53,998 bases of DNA from a virus (Duplodnaviria > Heunggongvirae > Uroviricota > Caudoviricetes): the IMG/VR virus record IMGVR_UViG_2541047728_000014; one strand, written 5' to 3'. The translations under genes and the position numbers were made by a program. Shown in pieces: positions 1-9,093 of the stretch (its first letter is position 1; each line of letters opens with the position of its first letter). The notes beneath the pieces are model-generated. The model searched no databases and was not told the DNA's origin. It saw only the letters and a list, made by a program, of their open reading frames with translations.

Positions 1-1215
1 ATGCTTACGGATACCAGGTTAAGGGCCATCGCCAACAAGCCATACGACGGTCCAAGCGAGATAGCTGATCGTGATGGCCTGTCAGCCAGGATAAGCCCAA
101 AAGGGAAAATTACTTTCCAGTACCGTTACAGATTCAACGGTAAGCCAGTGCGAATGAAGATCGGTGAATACGGGAAAATGAGTCTGAAAGACGCCCGCTA
201 TGCGGTGTCTGAATACAGGGAGTTGCTTACGAAAGGGAAGAATCCGGCACTGTGCGTAAAGCAGGCCATAGCCTTTGAGCAGGGCAAGCGATCTATATCC
301 GACGTAGTGGAAGACTATCTATCCCTGCCGAACGTCATTAAGCTGGTGGCATATAAAGAAGTCAAAAGCGCATTGATGCGCCACGTAGTCAACAAGTACG
401 GCGACTACATAGCTGACGACGTAACGACAAAACAGTGGATGGATATATTTGGCGAGATCACTGCGGCGGGTCACGCGGTTACGGCTGGTTTGATATTGAA
501 GCGAATGAAAATCATCGTTAACAGCGCAATCAGGCGTGGGCTAATGACTAACACGGCGATAAACAATATCCGTGTAGCTGACGTTGGCGAGCATTATGCG
601 GTGGGGGAGCGTTACCTTTCATGTGAGGAGATAGGCCACTTCTGGCGCACGGTAGACAGTTCGCAGATCTATCCGCAGAACAAAATAGCCTTAAAGCTAT
701 TATTGCTAACCGGGTGCAGGGTTGGTGAATTGCAGAAAATGAGAAGGGAACACCTAGATCTGGACAACGGTGTATGGACCGTTCCGGCGGCGGTGGCGAA
801 GACAAGAAGTGAAATCAGGCGGGGATTATCTGACTTGTCGATAAAAATGCTCAGGGAGGTTTTAACCTCCCATGAGTATGATTATGTATTCCCGCCAGTG
901 ATTAACGGCGGCAACAGGCCAGTAAACGTATCAGTGATAAAAGTAGCTGCAATATTCGTGCGTAAAAGGATGGGCGGTAAATCATGGTCCTGTCACGACC
1001 TCCGCAGGACGTGCCGGACACACCTTTCAGCTATAGGTGTTCCGGTACATATTGCAGAAAAGATCTTAGGCCATTCATTAAGGGGAATACTGGCGGTGTA
1101 CGACAAATATGATTATCTTGATGAACAAAAGGAGGCACTAAATAAGTTTGCTGATTATGTGTTATCTTTGGCTGACGTTAAACCAATCCGATCAAAGAAC
1201 TGCATTACGTCCTGA
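1..1215 (+). CDS. int: Tyrosine-type site-specific integrase (P4-like phage integrase)
   Basis: 404-aa ORF starting at window position 1; C-terminal catalytic region with HDLRRT...HIAEKILGH...VYDKYDY typical of tyrosine recombinases; N-terminal arm-type DNA-binding-like region. Window starts at the ATG, so the att site is outside the window. Confidence 0.88.
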   Translation: MLTDTRLRAIANKPYDGPSEIADRDGLSARISPKGKITFQYRYRFNGKPVRMKIGEYGKMSLKDARYAVSEYRELLTKGKNPALCVKQAIAFEQGKRSISDVVEDYLSLPNVIKLVAYKEVKSALMRHVVNKYGDYIADDVTTKQWMDIFGEITAAGHAVTAGLILKRMKIIVNSAIRRGLMTNTAINNIRVADVGEHYAVGERYLSCEEIGHFWRTVDSSQIYPQNKIALKLLLLTGCRVGELQKMRREHLDLDNGVWTVPAAVAKTRSEIRRGLSDLSIKMLREVLTSHEYDYVFPPVINGGNRPVNVSVIKVAAIFVRKRMGGKSWSCHDLRRTCRTHLSAIGVPVHIAEKILGHSLRGILAVYDKYDYLDEQKEALNKFADYVLSLADVKPIRSKNCITS

Positions 1216-1385
1216 TAGCGGTACATAACGCCACGCCCGGTCCCAAGTACGTCAACCGGGTCGGGGAACGGAGTTCCGTTCCGTTCCCATTTTTTACGCC
1301 ATAAGTAAAACGTTCCCCTGCTAATTCCCCCAAGCATCCGGCAGATGGCAGGGCGACTAAGAAGGATTGTCCCGGTTTTATCCAT
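1155..1385 (-). CDS. AlpA-like excisionase / phage transcriptional regulator
   Basis: 76-aa ORF; LLSRPAICRMLGGISRGTFYLWRKK...FPDPVDVLGTGRGVMYRYQDVMQFF matches the AlpA/Xis winged-helix pattern; 3' end overlaps int by about 60 nt (convergent). Confidence 0.7.
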   Translation of the reverse strand: MDKTGTILLSRPAICRMLGGISRGTFYLWRKKWERNGTPFPDPVDVLGTGRGVMYRYQDVMQFFDRIGLTSAKDNT

Positions 1386-2044
1386 TATTTATCCCCCGTG
1401 TATTCAACGTGTCCGATACATCCGTCAATAATAGCTTGCGCCATGTTGCGATAATCGCACGAAAATTCGTTGTCGCGGTTAAAGTTAATCTCTTTCGCCG
1501 CATCTTCACCGATAACCTTAGTAGCCAGTGCGAAAGCAATTTCAGCAAGTGCCTTTTCTTTCTGGTCAATGTGAATGCGATAAGAGTATTGTTTCCATGT
1601 AATTATCGTTTCCACATCTGATATTAATTTACTGTGAGCGATAGCCCAATTATCACCGAGATATAAAAACTTGACGACATCAAGAACCGTTCCGCTGGTC
1701 ATACCTACACAATCAAGCCACACATTAACAGGAGGTTTATCACCTACGGCCCATTCCGTTTTTTCTGGTTGCGTTTCGCAATCATGCCGCTCATCTTCGA
1801 TTAATTCATCAATGATCTCACTTTCTTTATTCATGCCGTCATCATCCTTATTAGATAAATTAGCGTATTTATCAAATTTCCAGCTTGCAGCCATAACCGA
1901 ATAAGTGCCGCCATCCGCGCGAACACCCAATAAATAGTATGATCCAAAATTATATTCTGTGCGGCATGTTGTTACCTCAAACGATGGGTAACACTCAGGG
2001 TTAGTGCGATGGCTAATCACGCCAATTGCTTTAAGTTTATTCAT
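1385..2044 (-). CDS. Hypothetical protein (219 aa), accessory gene next to int/xis
   Basis: Long ORF with GAGGA RBS before the ATG; no recognisable motif. Confidence 0.6.
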   Translation of the reverse strand: MNKLKAIGVISHRTNPECYPSFEVTTCRTEYNFGSYYLLGVRADGGTYSVMAASWKFDKYANLSNKDDDGMNKESEIIDELIEDERHDCETQPEKTEWAVGDKPPVNVWLDCVGMTSGTVLDVVKFLYLGDNWAIAHSKLISDVETIITWKQYSYRIHIDQKEKALAEIAFALATKVIGEDAAKEINFNRDNEFSCDYRNMAQAIIDGCIGHVEYTGDK

Positions 2045-2058
2045 TTGCTTATCCTCAA

Positions 2059-2235
2059 TTACGCCACAGTTACATTGTCAACTTTGATAAAATATTCAGG
2101 GTGATTTTCTATTTCGTGCTTAAAGTGCGCGTGACACAATCGCCAATCACGCACCTGGTTGTGAAAGTAATAAACGTATTCGCCATCAATCTTATACAAA
2201 ATGCCTGTAGGTTTAGCCATGTAATAACGAGCCAT
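2059..2235 (-). CDS. Small hypothetical protein (58 aa), translationally coupled to ninB
   Basis: Hand-called ORF MARYYMAKPTGILYKIDGEYVYYFHNQVRDWRLCHAHFKHEIENHPEYFIKVDNVTVA; ATG overlaps the ninB stop (TAATG); below the 60-aa cutoff of the ORF track. Confidence 0.4.
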   Translation of the reverse strand: MARYYMAKPTGILYKIDGEYVYYFHNQVRDWRLCHAHFKHEIENHPEYFIKVDNVTVA

Positions 2236-2666
2236 TATTGCCCCCAGCGTTTTATGAATTCCTCGTTTAATTTCGTATCACCCGACCATTGAACATCATG
2301 TTCAGCACCGAACGAGTAAATTAATTCGATTAGTTCACTGAATTCTGATTTACTCATTCGACTTGTAGATGTTCCCAATACAACGAAGCCGGATTTATCC
2401 AGATTAGGCACGACGCCATATTTTTTTAGCCCGGCGGTGAATACCGCTTTCCAGTCTTCCGACGACAGCTTCTTACCGTACCAATTAACCTGATCACTAA
2501 TGTCGGTTAGCAACGCCCATAGAAGGCTATTTTGGCTTAGCGAGCGGGTTTTCTCCTGGATGGTAATTATCAGCGGGCTTTTGCTATCAGGCTGGATCTC
2601 TCTTATCTGCCTGATAGCGTTTTCTTTTACGGCGTCGTTTACTATTTCAAATCTAATTTGCCTCAT
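2235..2666 (-). CDS. ninB: NinB-like recombination protein
   Basis: 143-aa ORF; IITIQEKTRSLSQNSLLWALLTDISDQVNWYGKKLSSEDWKAVFTAG...VVPNLDKSGFVVLGTSTSRMSKSEFSELIELIYSFGAEH closely resembles lambda NinB as recalled. Confidence 0.8.
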   Translation of the reverse strand: MRQIRFEIVNDAVKENAIRQIREIQPDSKSPLIITIQEKTRSLSQNSLLWALLTDISDQVNWYGKKLSSEDWKAVFTAGLKKYGVVPNLDKSGFVVLGTSTSRMSKSEFSELIELIYSFGAEHDVQWSGDTKLNEEFIKRWGQ

Positions 2667-2860
2667 AATACACCGTTACTGTTTTTCCACTGCGCCCGCG
2701 CATACATGATCGCCTGCAAAGAAATTAGACGTGAGCTTGTCATGAAAGCGCTTTTTAAGTATCTCATATCAACCACAACAGGTTTATCAGGATCGTCACC
2801 GTGCATGTATTCCGCAATAGTGCTAAAGTCTTCAATGGTTAAATCTAACTCCTTATTCAT
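2663..2860 (-). CDS. Hypothetical small protein (65 aa)
   Basis: ORF with start overlapping the upstream gene stop; no recognisable domain. Confidence 0.45.
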   Translation of the reverse strand: MNKELDLTIEDFSTIAEYMHGDDPDKPVVVDMRYLKSAFMTSSRLISLQAIMYARAQWKNSNGVL

Positions 2861-2869
2861 GATCGCCCC

Positions 2870-3076
2870 TCACACAATACGCATTGTGTTTCGTAATTCA
2901 CCGCGCAGCACCCGCAGTGCATCACGCATTGGTACAAAAACCCGGTTAAATTTTACGTGTTTATATTTCCGCATCAGTGGCGGTGTATACACCTTTGCGT
3001 CGTATACTTCCCACGGATAATAAACGCGCGTATCGTCAACAAACGTTTCAACTGAATAAAAGATTACCCGTATCAT
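2870..3076 (-). CDS. Hypothetical small protein (68 aa)
   Basis: ORF packed in the leftward early operon; no recognisable domain. Confidence 0.45.
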   Translation of the reverse strand: MIRVIFYSVETFVDDTRVYYPWEVYDAKVYTPPLMRKYKHVKFNRVFVPMRDALRVLRGELRNTMRIV

Positions 3077-3630
3077 AATTCCAACCCCGTTTCACCGTTA
3101 AGTTTTTCGACCTCAAATACTGGTTTATCCGGCAGCAGGCCGTTATTTTTCCGGTATTCATTCAGGCGGCTGTCAAAATCAAACGCGAGATCATTAGCGT
3201 GACCGAAGCGCCCAGGTTTAAACAGTGAGTAAAAATTAAGGCCGTGCTTATTGGTGTCTATGCAAAGCGTTTCATCCAGTACCATTAAACGCAGCGTGCG
3301 CGACAGGTAATTCCACGGAATACCAGTTTCCGCGCTAATGTCACGCATACGCTTTTTAACGCTGTAGTCACTAAATAACGATGCCACACGATCGCGACGT
3401 TGTGCATACAAATATTTAATTCGATAGCCAAGCAACCTGCGGCGAGGTCCGAAATATGTATATACACGCTCGACAATGCCAGTGTCGATTAAGTGTTTAA
3501 TTGTCTCAGGCAAACATCCAGCTTCGTCATATTCCGCTGATAATCCTGTTTTCTGGCGTAACTGGTGCATTGTGTCGATGCCATCAAGTTCAAGGATATT
3601 GATAATTTTTGCTTCAAGTTCAATGCTCAT
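3073..3630 (-). CDS. Hypothetical protein (about 185 aa)
   Basis: ORF 3073..3666; start placed at MSIELEAK (GAGG RBS upstream); no recognisable motif. Confidence 0.5.
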   Translation of the reverse strand: MSIELEAKIINILELDGIDTMHQLRQKTGLSAEYDEAGCLPETIKHLIDTGIVERVYTYFGPRRRLLGYRIKYLYAQRRDRVASLFSDYSVKKRMRDISAETGIPWNYLSRTLRLMVLDETLCIDTNKHGLNFYSLFKPGRFGHANDLAFDFDSRLNEYRKNNGLLPDKPVFEVEKLNGETGLEL

Positions 3631-3709
3631 TGTTTTTCGCCTCGTTTTAAGCGCGAAAACAGCCACCAGAAAGCGGTCAACTTTCCGGTAAGCCGTTTGC
3701 TCAAGTTAA

Positions 3710-5131
3710 TTAAAAAGATGCGTTGCTCTGGCTGTTTCGTGGGGAGAATCGACTTGCCGCCGGACGTTGTTGCATTGACTGAATGCAAGCGGACGCCGCG
3801 CGGGCCTGGTCGCATGGGATGATGTTGCCGTTATCGTCAAACCGCTGGTAAACAGTCCCCGTTTTCCCGTGACGGTTTTTTGAAACGATGATCTCCATAT
3901 ATTCGCGGGCAACCGATTGTTCGTTGTAGTAGCCGTCGCGGTAGACCATGATGATCCGGTCTGCGTCCTGTTCAAGATTACCGGAATCACGCAGATCAGA
4001 ATTGTTCGGGCGCTTGTTCGGTCGTTCCTCAACGCGGCGGGATAATTGCGCCAGTGCCGCCACTGGCACGCGCAACTCTTTCGCCATCATTTTCAATGAC
4101 CGCGACAATTGCCCTACGGCGAGATCATGACGTTCGGCCTTAGCCAGTTTCATTAACCCGATATAGTCAATCATCACCATCCCCAGGTTATGATGGTCCT
4201 GTTTCATCCGTTCGACGGTGGCGCGTATTTCCTCGACCGTTAACTGCGATGCGTCAACAATCCACACATCGAGATCGGCAAGGGCACTCATTCCCTGGGC
4301 GACGTGCGCCCAACCTTCGTCATCCAGTTTTACCGGATTACGTAGGCAATCCGTTGATAAGTTCCCAGCGCCAGCGATAGCACGTTCAGTCATCTGATCG
4401 AGCGACATTTCAAGCGTGAACAGCAAAACGCCGACCCGCTGACCTTCGCCTCCAGGGTATGGGCGTTCAGCCGCCGCGCGGGCAATTGCCAACGCCAACG
4501 CCGATTTACCAGACCCTGGGCGTCCGGCGATAAGCACCAGATCAGTAGCGTTAATGCCGCCTAACATTTCGTCGAGTGGGTCAATCCCTGTTTTGATGTT
4601 GTCAGAGTTCACGCCACACTCCATGCGTTTACTTAGCACTTCCGTGTATTCCTGGACAGCATCGCGCAACAGCACCGGGATAATCTGATCTTTTGTTACC
4701 TTTAATTTTGAATACCGGGAATCAAAATCTTTCATCGTCTCTTTGACGACCTCAAGTGTCCCAGTTTCCAGTTTGTAGCGCATATCGTCGATGAGTTCCA
4801 ACATCTGCCGCCGCTGGTGCTCTTCACGTAGTAGCTGTGCATATCCCTTCAGGTTGGCAGCAGAAGGGCACGATCGCGCCGTTTGCATTAGCGGTACAAA
4901 GTTTTCATTACCAATCTCATCACCAACCAATAACGCGTCGATAAGATTCCTGTTTCTGGCTTGCGCCCGGATAATTTCAAACGCCCGCTTATACAGCGGA
5001 ATAGTGAACACTTCAGGATCTAGCGTAGCGAGAACATCTTGCGCGTTAGGAGTGAGGCCGCCTAATAGCAGCCCGCCGATAACTGACGCTTCACGTTCCT
5101 GCAGTAGTGAGTTTATCTGCTCAGTTACCAT
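3710..5131 (-). CDS. DnaB-like replicative DNA helicase
   Basis: 473-aa ORF; Walker A GRPGSGKSALALAIA, DnaB-type C-terminal RecA-like domain (MIDYIGLM, LAQLSRRVEERPNKRP..DLRDSGNLEQDAD); GGAGG RBS. Confidence 0.85.
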   Translation of the reverse strand: MVTEQINSLLQEREASVIGGLLLGGLTPNAQDVLATLDPEVFTIPLYKRAFEIIRAQARNRNLIDALLVGDEIGNENFVPLMQTARSCPSAANLKGYAQLLREEHQRRQMLELIDDMRYKLETGTLEVVKETMKDFDSRYSKLKVTKDQIIPVLLRDAVQEYTEVLSKRMECGVNSDNIKTGIDPLDEMLGGINATDLVLIAGRPGSGKSALALAIARAAAERPYPGGEGQRVGVLLFTLEMSLDQMTERAIAGAGNLSTDCLRNPVKLDDEGWAHVAQGMSALADLDVWIVDASQLTVEEIRATVERMKQDHHNLGMVMIDYIGLMKLAKAERHDLAVGQLSRSLKMMAKELRVPVAALAQLSRRVEERPNKRPNNSDLRDSGNLEQDADRIIMVYRDGYYNEQSVAREYMEIIVSKNRHGKTGTVYQRFDDNGNIIPCDQARAASACIQSMQQRPAASRFSPRNSQSNASF

Positions 5132-5149
5132 TATGTCATTACCTCCGGT

Positions 5150-6268
5150 TTACAAAATGGAATATTCAGGGTAATAAACAAAGCGCCCGATCTCACCATA
5201 ATCCTGGCTGTAAATAATCACCGCTGCCATACGACGTGACCGCCAGCCGCCATTAGTTGAGTAAGCGTCTTTACCCGCTAACGTGCCGTGATACTCAACA
5301 ACGCCTAACGATGATTCAATTAGCCGTTGATGATGCCAGTGCCCGCAATGAGCGTAAACCGCCGCAGACTTGCCAAAGTCTTCTCGCCAGTCAGAGACGC
5401 AGGCAGACAACAAATTTTCAGGTTTTTTGATAGTATGACCGTGATGATATGCAAGGAATGTTTTGCCGTACTGTGTGTGGTGGACGATGGCAGGTGACAC
5501 ATCAACAGTAACGCGCGGTACATCTTCGTAAAAAGCCGCCAGCGCCGCACGTAGCCAGATCATTCCTGACTGGTCGTGATTACCTGATAACACCTGAATT
5601 TCTACATCCTTATGATTCAACAACATCTTACCTACAGCACGCCGGACCGACCGGATCGCCACGTAAACAAGTTTTGCGTAGCGTGAATCACAATCCAAAA
5701 CGTGATTACTTGATGGCGTCACTGGTAACAGTCCGTCAGTGTGGAGCACATCCCCTCCTAACAGCAAAAAAGCTTTTTCAGACATCGGTGCAGCGCCTAC
5801 CGCGTAGTCGAAGAAATCATTTAGCACGCGCTCAGCGATCCCGGTGTCGTAGCTCTCGCCGCATTCAGCTTTATGAGCAAGCGCCCCGATATGCAGATCA
5901 AATACCGGATAAAGGGCCAGGCTTTTTTGGAAATCAATTTCCGGCACTGGCACGGCCTCCGCGCGGGGTATTTCTTCCGTGAAGGCGTCACAAGCAGATT
6001 GCATTAGCCTTTCCATTTCATCGCGATCACGGGCTGTTTTAATCCAGCGCATAATCACATTGCCATCCTTATCGACGAGCAATGACTCACCATTGACGCC
6101 AAAACCCGGCGCGCGACGCGTGGATATTAAACCGCGTTTCGCCAACCGTGCGCCCAGGCGTTCGACGTTGCGTTTTGCCATTCCGTATTTTTCGGCGATC
6201 TGTTTATACGTTAGACCGTTGTTATGTTCAGTGATTAGCTGTTCATCACTAATCTTTCTTTGACACAT
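5150..6268 (-). CDS. Replication-associated protein: N-terminal HTH plus metallophosphoesterase-like domain
   Basis: ORF 5150..6319; start placed at MCQRKISDEQ (GGAGGATATAACATTATG); HTH-like LTYKQIAEKYGMAKRNVERL; phosphoesterase-like motifs GGDVLHTD, SGNHD, HCGHWHH. Confidence 0.6.
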   Translation of the reverse strand: MCQRKISDEQLITEHNNGLTYKQIAEKYGMAKRNVERLGARLAKRGLISTRRAPGFGVNGESLLVDKDGNVIMRWIKTARDRDEMERLMQSACDAFTEEIPRAEAVPVPEIDFQKSLALYPVFDLHIGALAHKAECGESYDTGIAERVLNDFFDYAVGAAPMSEKAFLLLGGDVLHTDGLLPVTPSSNHVLDCDSRYAKLVYVAIRSVRRAVGKMLLNHKDVEIQVLSGNHDQSGMIWLRAALAAFYEDVPRVTVDVSPAIVHHTQYGKTFLAYHHGHTIKKPENLLSACVSDWREDFGKSAAVYAHCGHWHHQRLIESSLGVVEYHGTLAGKDAYSTNGGWRSRRMAAVIIYSQDYGEIGRFVYYPEYSIL

Positions 6269-6302
6269 AATGTTATATCCTCCGGTTTTACATTTTGTAT
6301 AT

Positions 6303-7226
6303 TCATTGGCAGCAAACAATCTCTTTAAATGCTTCTTCTACCATGTCGAATACTTCCGGCCTGTAATAAAAAAACTCATTGCTACCATCAAATTTTACAG
6401 GAAAGTTAATTTTATAATTGCTAAAAGCCTTATGCATCGTGTTTTCTAGTTCATGTATATTTTCGGTTGGCCCTTCTAACGTTTTCACGATATGCAAATT
6501 AGGAATTCTAACGCCTGCTTTATGTGCGCTTTTTAATATCTCGTTTCTTCGTTTATTTTCCTGAACACTTACCCCAATTTTCATTTGTGTAGGCACTTCC
6601 AGATCATCAACCATGATGTAAAGTTTGCCATACTCATGACGAAGGAAACCGTATTTCGCGCATTTTGGACAGCCGTACCCGCTTTTAAGGTTGCAAGGCC
6701 TGGCAGACCACTCATGACTACAGATCTTGCAGCGGCACGGGACTTTATCTCTATGGTTCTTAATTTTTCCCAATACTTCAACATAAGTGTTAACTTTGGC
6801 TATATCTGTGATGTGTTCTTCGTGTGTTAATGTCCTTCCTTGTGCGCCTTTTAATATTCCGCATTTCGGGCAACCGCGCCCGCGTTTTAGGTTGCAAGGT
6901 GTAGCCGACCACTCATGACTACAGATATTGCAGCGGCATAATACTTTTGTTTTGTCATTAATAATTTCACCCAACACTTCAATATCAGGATTAACTTTCG
7001 CGATAGCGGCAATATGTTCTTCGTGCGATAACTTCATCTTCCCAGCGCATTTCGGGCAACCGCGCCCGTGTTTTAGGTTGCAAGGTGTAGCCGACCACTC
7101 ATGATCACAAACCTTGCAACGGCATAACACTTTTTTATGATTTCCGGTAATTTCTCCCAGCACTTCAACATCAGGATTAATTTTCGCAATAGCCGCAATT
7201 TGTTCTTCGTGTGTTAACTTGCGCAT
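6303..7226 (-). CDS. Protein with three tandem Cys4 zinc-ribbon repeats and a C-terminal T5orf172/GIY-YIG-like domain
   Basis: 307 aa; three ~50-aa repeats LTHEEHIAAIAKVNPD.EVLGEI....KV.CRC.ICSHEWSATPCNLK.G.GCPKC; C-terminal GKLYIMVDDLEVPTQMKIGVS ... GSNEFFYYRPEVF resembles the T5orf172 family (from memory). Confidence 0.6.
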   Translation of the reverse strand: MRKLTHEEQIAAIAKINPDVEVLGEITGNHKKVLCRCKVCDHEWSATPCNLKHGRGCPKCAGKMKLSHEEHIAAIAKVNPDIEVLGEIINDKTKVLCRCNICSHEWSATPCNLKRGRGCPKCGILKGAQGRTLTHEEHITDIAKVNTYVEVLGKIKNHRDKVPCRCKICSHEWSARPCNLKSGYGCPKCAKYGFLRHEYGKLYIMVDDLEVPTQMKIGVSVQENKRRNEILKSAHKAGVRIPNLHIVKTLEGPTENIHELENTMHKAFSNYKINFPVKFDGSNEFFYYRPEVFDMVEEAFKEIVCCQ

Positions 7227-7366
7227 CGTTCCAACTCCTTAAAACGCCTCAGACGCGCTACAATGCAAAAACCCACCGCGTAACCCATTTGCACAGGTTG
7301 CAGTGTCTTATTGCGTCAGAGGCGCTATCATGTGGCTAATTTTTGATTTACAGACTGGTAGGTATG

Positions 7367-7468
7367 TTATGGATTGACGCGAAGGAACAAACCGCCGAAC
7401 AAAACGACGTTTACAGCGATTGCCGCAGCGATGGCAAAAGCCACGGCGAAAACGTGTTTACTATCCAT
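7367..7468 (-). CDS. Candidate small hydrophobic peptide (33 aa)
   Basis: Hand-called ORF MDSKHVFAVAFAIAAAIAVNVVLFGGLFLRVNP with GAGAGGA RBS about 8 nt upstream; in the gap between the zinc-ribbon gene and the replisome organiser. Confidence 0.3.
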   Translation of the reverse strand: MDSKHVFAVAFAIAAAIAVNVVLFGGLFLRVNP

Positions 7469-7600
7469 TTTAAAATCCTCTCTGTAACGCTCTCTAACGA
7501 GCTAATCGCAAAAAGGCAAGCAAGTTAGCACCACATGCGATTTAGCTCGCTGGTGAGGTTGTTTTGTGGGTAATTTTGGATTTTTGCGGATCGTGGTTGG

Positions 7601-8647
7601 TCAAAGAGCGCCAGCGCGCGTATCACGTAGCGTTTTTGGTTTAAGCAGGAAATCAAGTGTCGCAGTGAAGCCATTGCCGAAGTAAAAATCTGAAGCCGTG
7701 TTTTTGAACGTTTCGAAGTAGGCGACAAAGCCGTTAATGCTTTTGTCTTTCAGGTAGTCAGCGAACGCATAGATCTTGCGTTCAAGATCCCGATCCAGTT
7801 CGGCAGGTGGTAACAGGCCGTCAAACGTGCTGTTAAATGCTTCCACCACGTCGGCAGCGTTTACAGTAGCTGATAGCTTGCGCCATTGCTCAGCGTCAGC
7901 CAGATACCCATCGAATTTAGTTACCCGGCAAATGTTGATAGGCTTAGGTGTTCCACCACGGCTGCGCCATTGCGTCAAAGCCCATTCGATTACTAATGTG
8001 ATCTCATCCTCCGTGTATGCCTTACGTGTTTTTGTTTCTGTCAGTAGTTCGATAAATGGCTTAGCATCACGACACTTGCATCCAGCTTTGTCGTTGTAGA
8101 AGGCCAAGCAACGCAATGCCGCTTCGTTTACGCCATCCTGATTGACCGTTTTTTGTCCATTTTCGCTAATACACGAAGTGTATATATCTTTTTCTCTTTC
8201 TTCTTCTACTTCTAATTCATGACCCTTTCCTGACCCGGTCATGACCCTATCATGACCTTTTGGTGTTGGATTGATTAACTTCTCTAATTTTAATTGCTCC
8301 TTCGCTGTGTTTATAGCAGCCCTATAAGCGCTCTTAGAAGTCATTGATTGGTCCAGCCTTTTTAATAACTTTAGGCAAGTTATGTGGCCTTGAGAACATT
8401 CGAACAAACCAATTTCGATGAAGTATTTCATCATTTCTTCTATACGTTTTTCAGTAGATCCGACGTTTCGCGCAATGATTCTCGCGTCATGTCGTAGGTC
8501 AAAATTCAGATTGTGCTGATCTACGTCATAAGTTATTAGTTCGAGGCAATACCAATAAAGCCCGTACCCTTCCAGGCCATAATCTAACAAAACGTTTTGA
8601 AGTTTTTCATCGCGGTTCGCATCGCTGTCATGCTTAAACCACTTCAT
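7601..8647 (-). CDS. Phage replisome organiser / replication initiation protein (Lin1244/DUF4373-like N-terminus)
   Basis: 348 aa; N-terminal MKWFKHDSDANRDEKLQNVLLDYGLEGYGLYWYCLELI matches the conserved N-terminal domain of phage replication initiators; CCGGAGG RBS. Confidence 0.7.
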   Translation of the reverse strand: MKWFKHDSDANRDEKLQNVLLDYGLEGYGLYWYCLELITYDVDQHNLNFDLRHDARIIARNVGSTEKRIEEMMKYFIEIGLFECSQGHITCLKLLKRLDQSMTSKSAYRAAINTAKEQLKLEKLINPTPKGHDRVMTGSGKGHELEVEEEREKDIYTSCISENGQKTVNQDGVNEAALRCLAFYNDKAGCKCRDAKPFIELLTETKTRKAYTEDEITLVIEWALTQWRSRGGTPKPINICRVTKFDGYLADAEQWRKLSATVNAADVVEAFNSTFDGLLPPAELDRDLERKIYAFADYLKDKSINGFVAYFETFKNTASDFYFGNGFTATLDFLLKPKTLRDTRAGAL

Positions 8648-8650
8648 AGA

Positions 8651-8902
8651 TCATCCCTCCGGCAACATCACTACATAGACATCACTGAATGCATCAAGAC
8701 GACAAACAAATCCTTTATCCATTAACGCGGCGAAGGCATCATGTACCGTATGAACAGGAAGTTCACACATTGCGGCTACTTCTTTGCGTGATGCATCATG
8801 TACCCGTCCTTTGTTATCTGCCTTTTCAGCCAGAGCCATTAAGACAAGTTTTTGAATCGGGCTATTAAGTTTTACGTTCCATGCTTTACTAATCATACTC
8901 AT
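8651..8902 (-). CDS. Winged-helix/HTH DNA-binding protein, first gene of the leftward early operon (Cro/CII-position regulator)
   Basis: ORF 8651..8980 opens with TTG; ATG start at MSMISKAWNV preferred (AGGAGA RBS about 8 nt upstream); HTH-like LVLMALAEKADNKGRVHDASRKEVAAMCELPVHTVHDAFAALMDKGFV; transcribed divergently from cI. Confidence 0.55.
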   Translation of the reverse strand: MSMISKAWNVKLNSPIQKLVLMALAEKADNKGRVHDASRKEVAAMCELPVHTVHDAFAALMDKGFVCRLDAFSDVYVVMLPEG

Positions 8903-9093
8903 CGCATTTTCTCCTATGGTTAGAGTGAACGCGCGGGCGGGCATCCCATTAGCATTAGATAGCAGTGACTGACCGCTCAACAGATCCCGCCGTTGCGTGA
9001 TATTTGTTTTTCGCTTCGCAGCGACACCGGATTTTTAAAGAGCATAAGGTAAGTGCCTTTTTGTGCCTTCAGTTATCTTTTTCCTTGCGTCTT

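Noticed and set aside
548-805. Minus-strand ORF (85 aa) inside the integrase gene
   Set aside because: Lies entirely antisense within a well-supported integrase CDS; Pro/Cys/Arg-rich translation is typical of a shadow ORF.
1268-1295. GGAACGGAACGGAAC direct repeat / hairpin considered as a terminator or att-related repeat
   Set aside because: Falls inside the AlpA-like coding sequence (encoding WERNGTPFP); only three short units and no further copies.
1367-1621. Plus-strand ORFs 1367..1621 and 1671..1904 overlapping the minus-strand 219-aa gene
   Set aside because: Antisense to a longer ORF with a good RBS; no independent support.
3948-5174. Plus-strand ORFs (3948..4130, 4791..5174) antisense to the DnaB helicase gene
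   Set aside because: Overlap a confidently assigned helicase CDS; low-complexity Ser/Arg-rich translations.
5674-6263. Plus-strand ORFs 5674..5982 and 5979..6263 antisense to the replication protein gene
   Set aside because: Shadow ORFs with Arg/Ser/Pro-rich composition inside a gene with recognisable motifs.
7245-7330. Long-range inverted/direct repeat CGCCTCAGACGCGCTACAATG / GCGTCAGAGGCGCTATCATG
   Set aside because: Only two imperfect copies; could be a stem-loop or fortuitous. Not enough support for a call.
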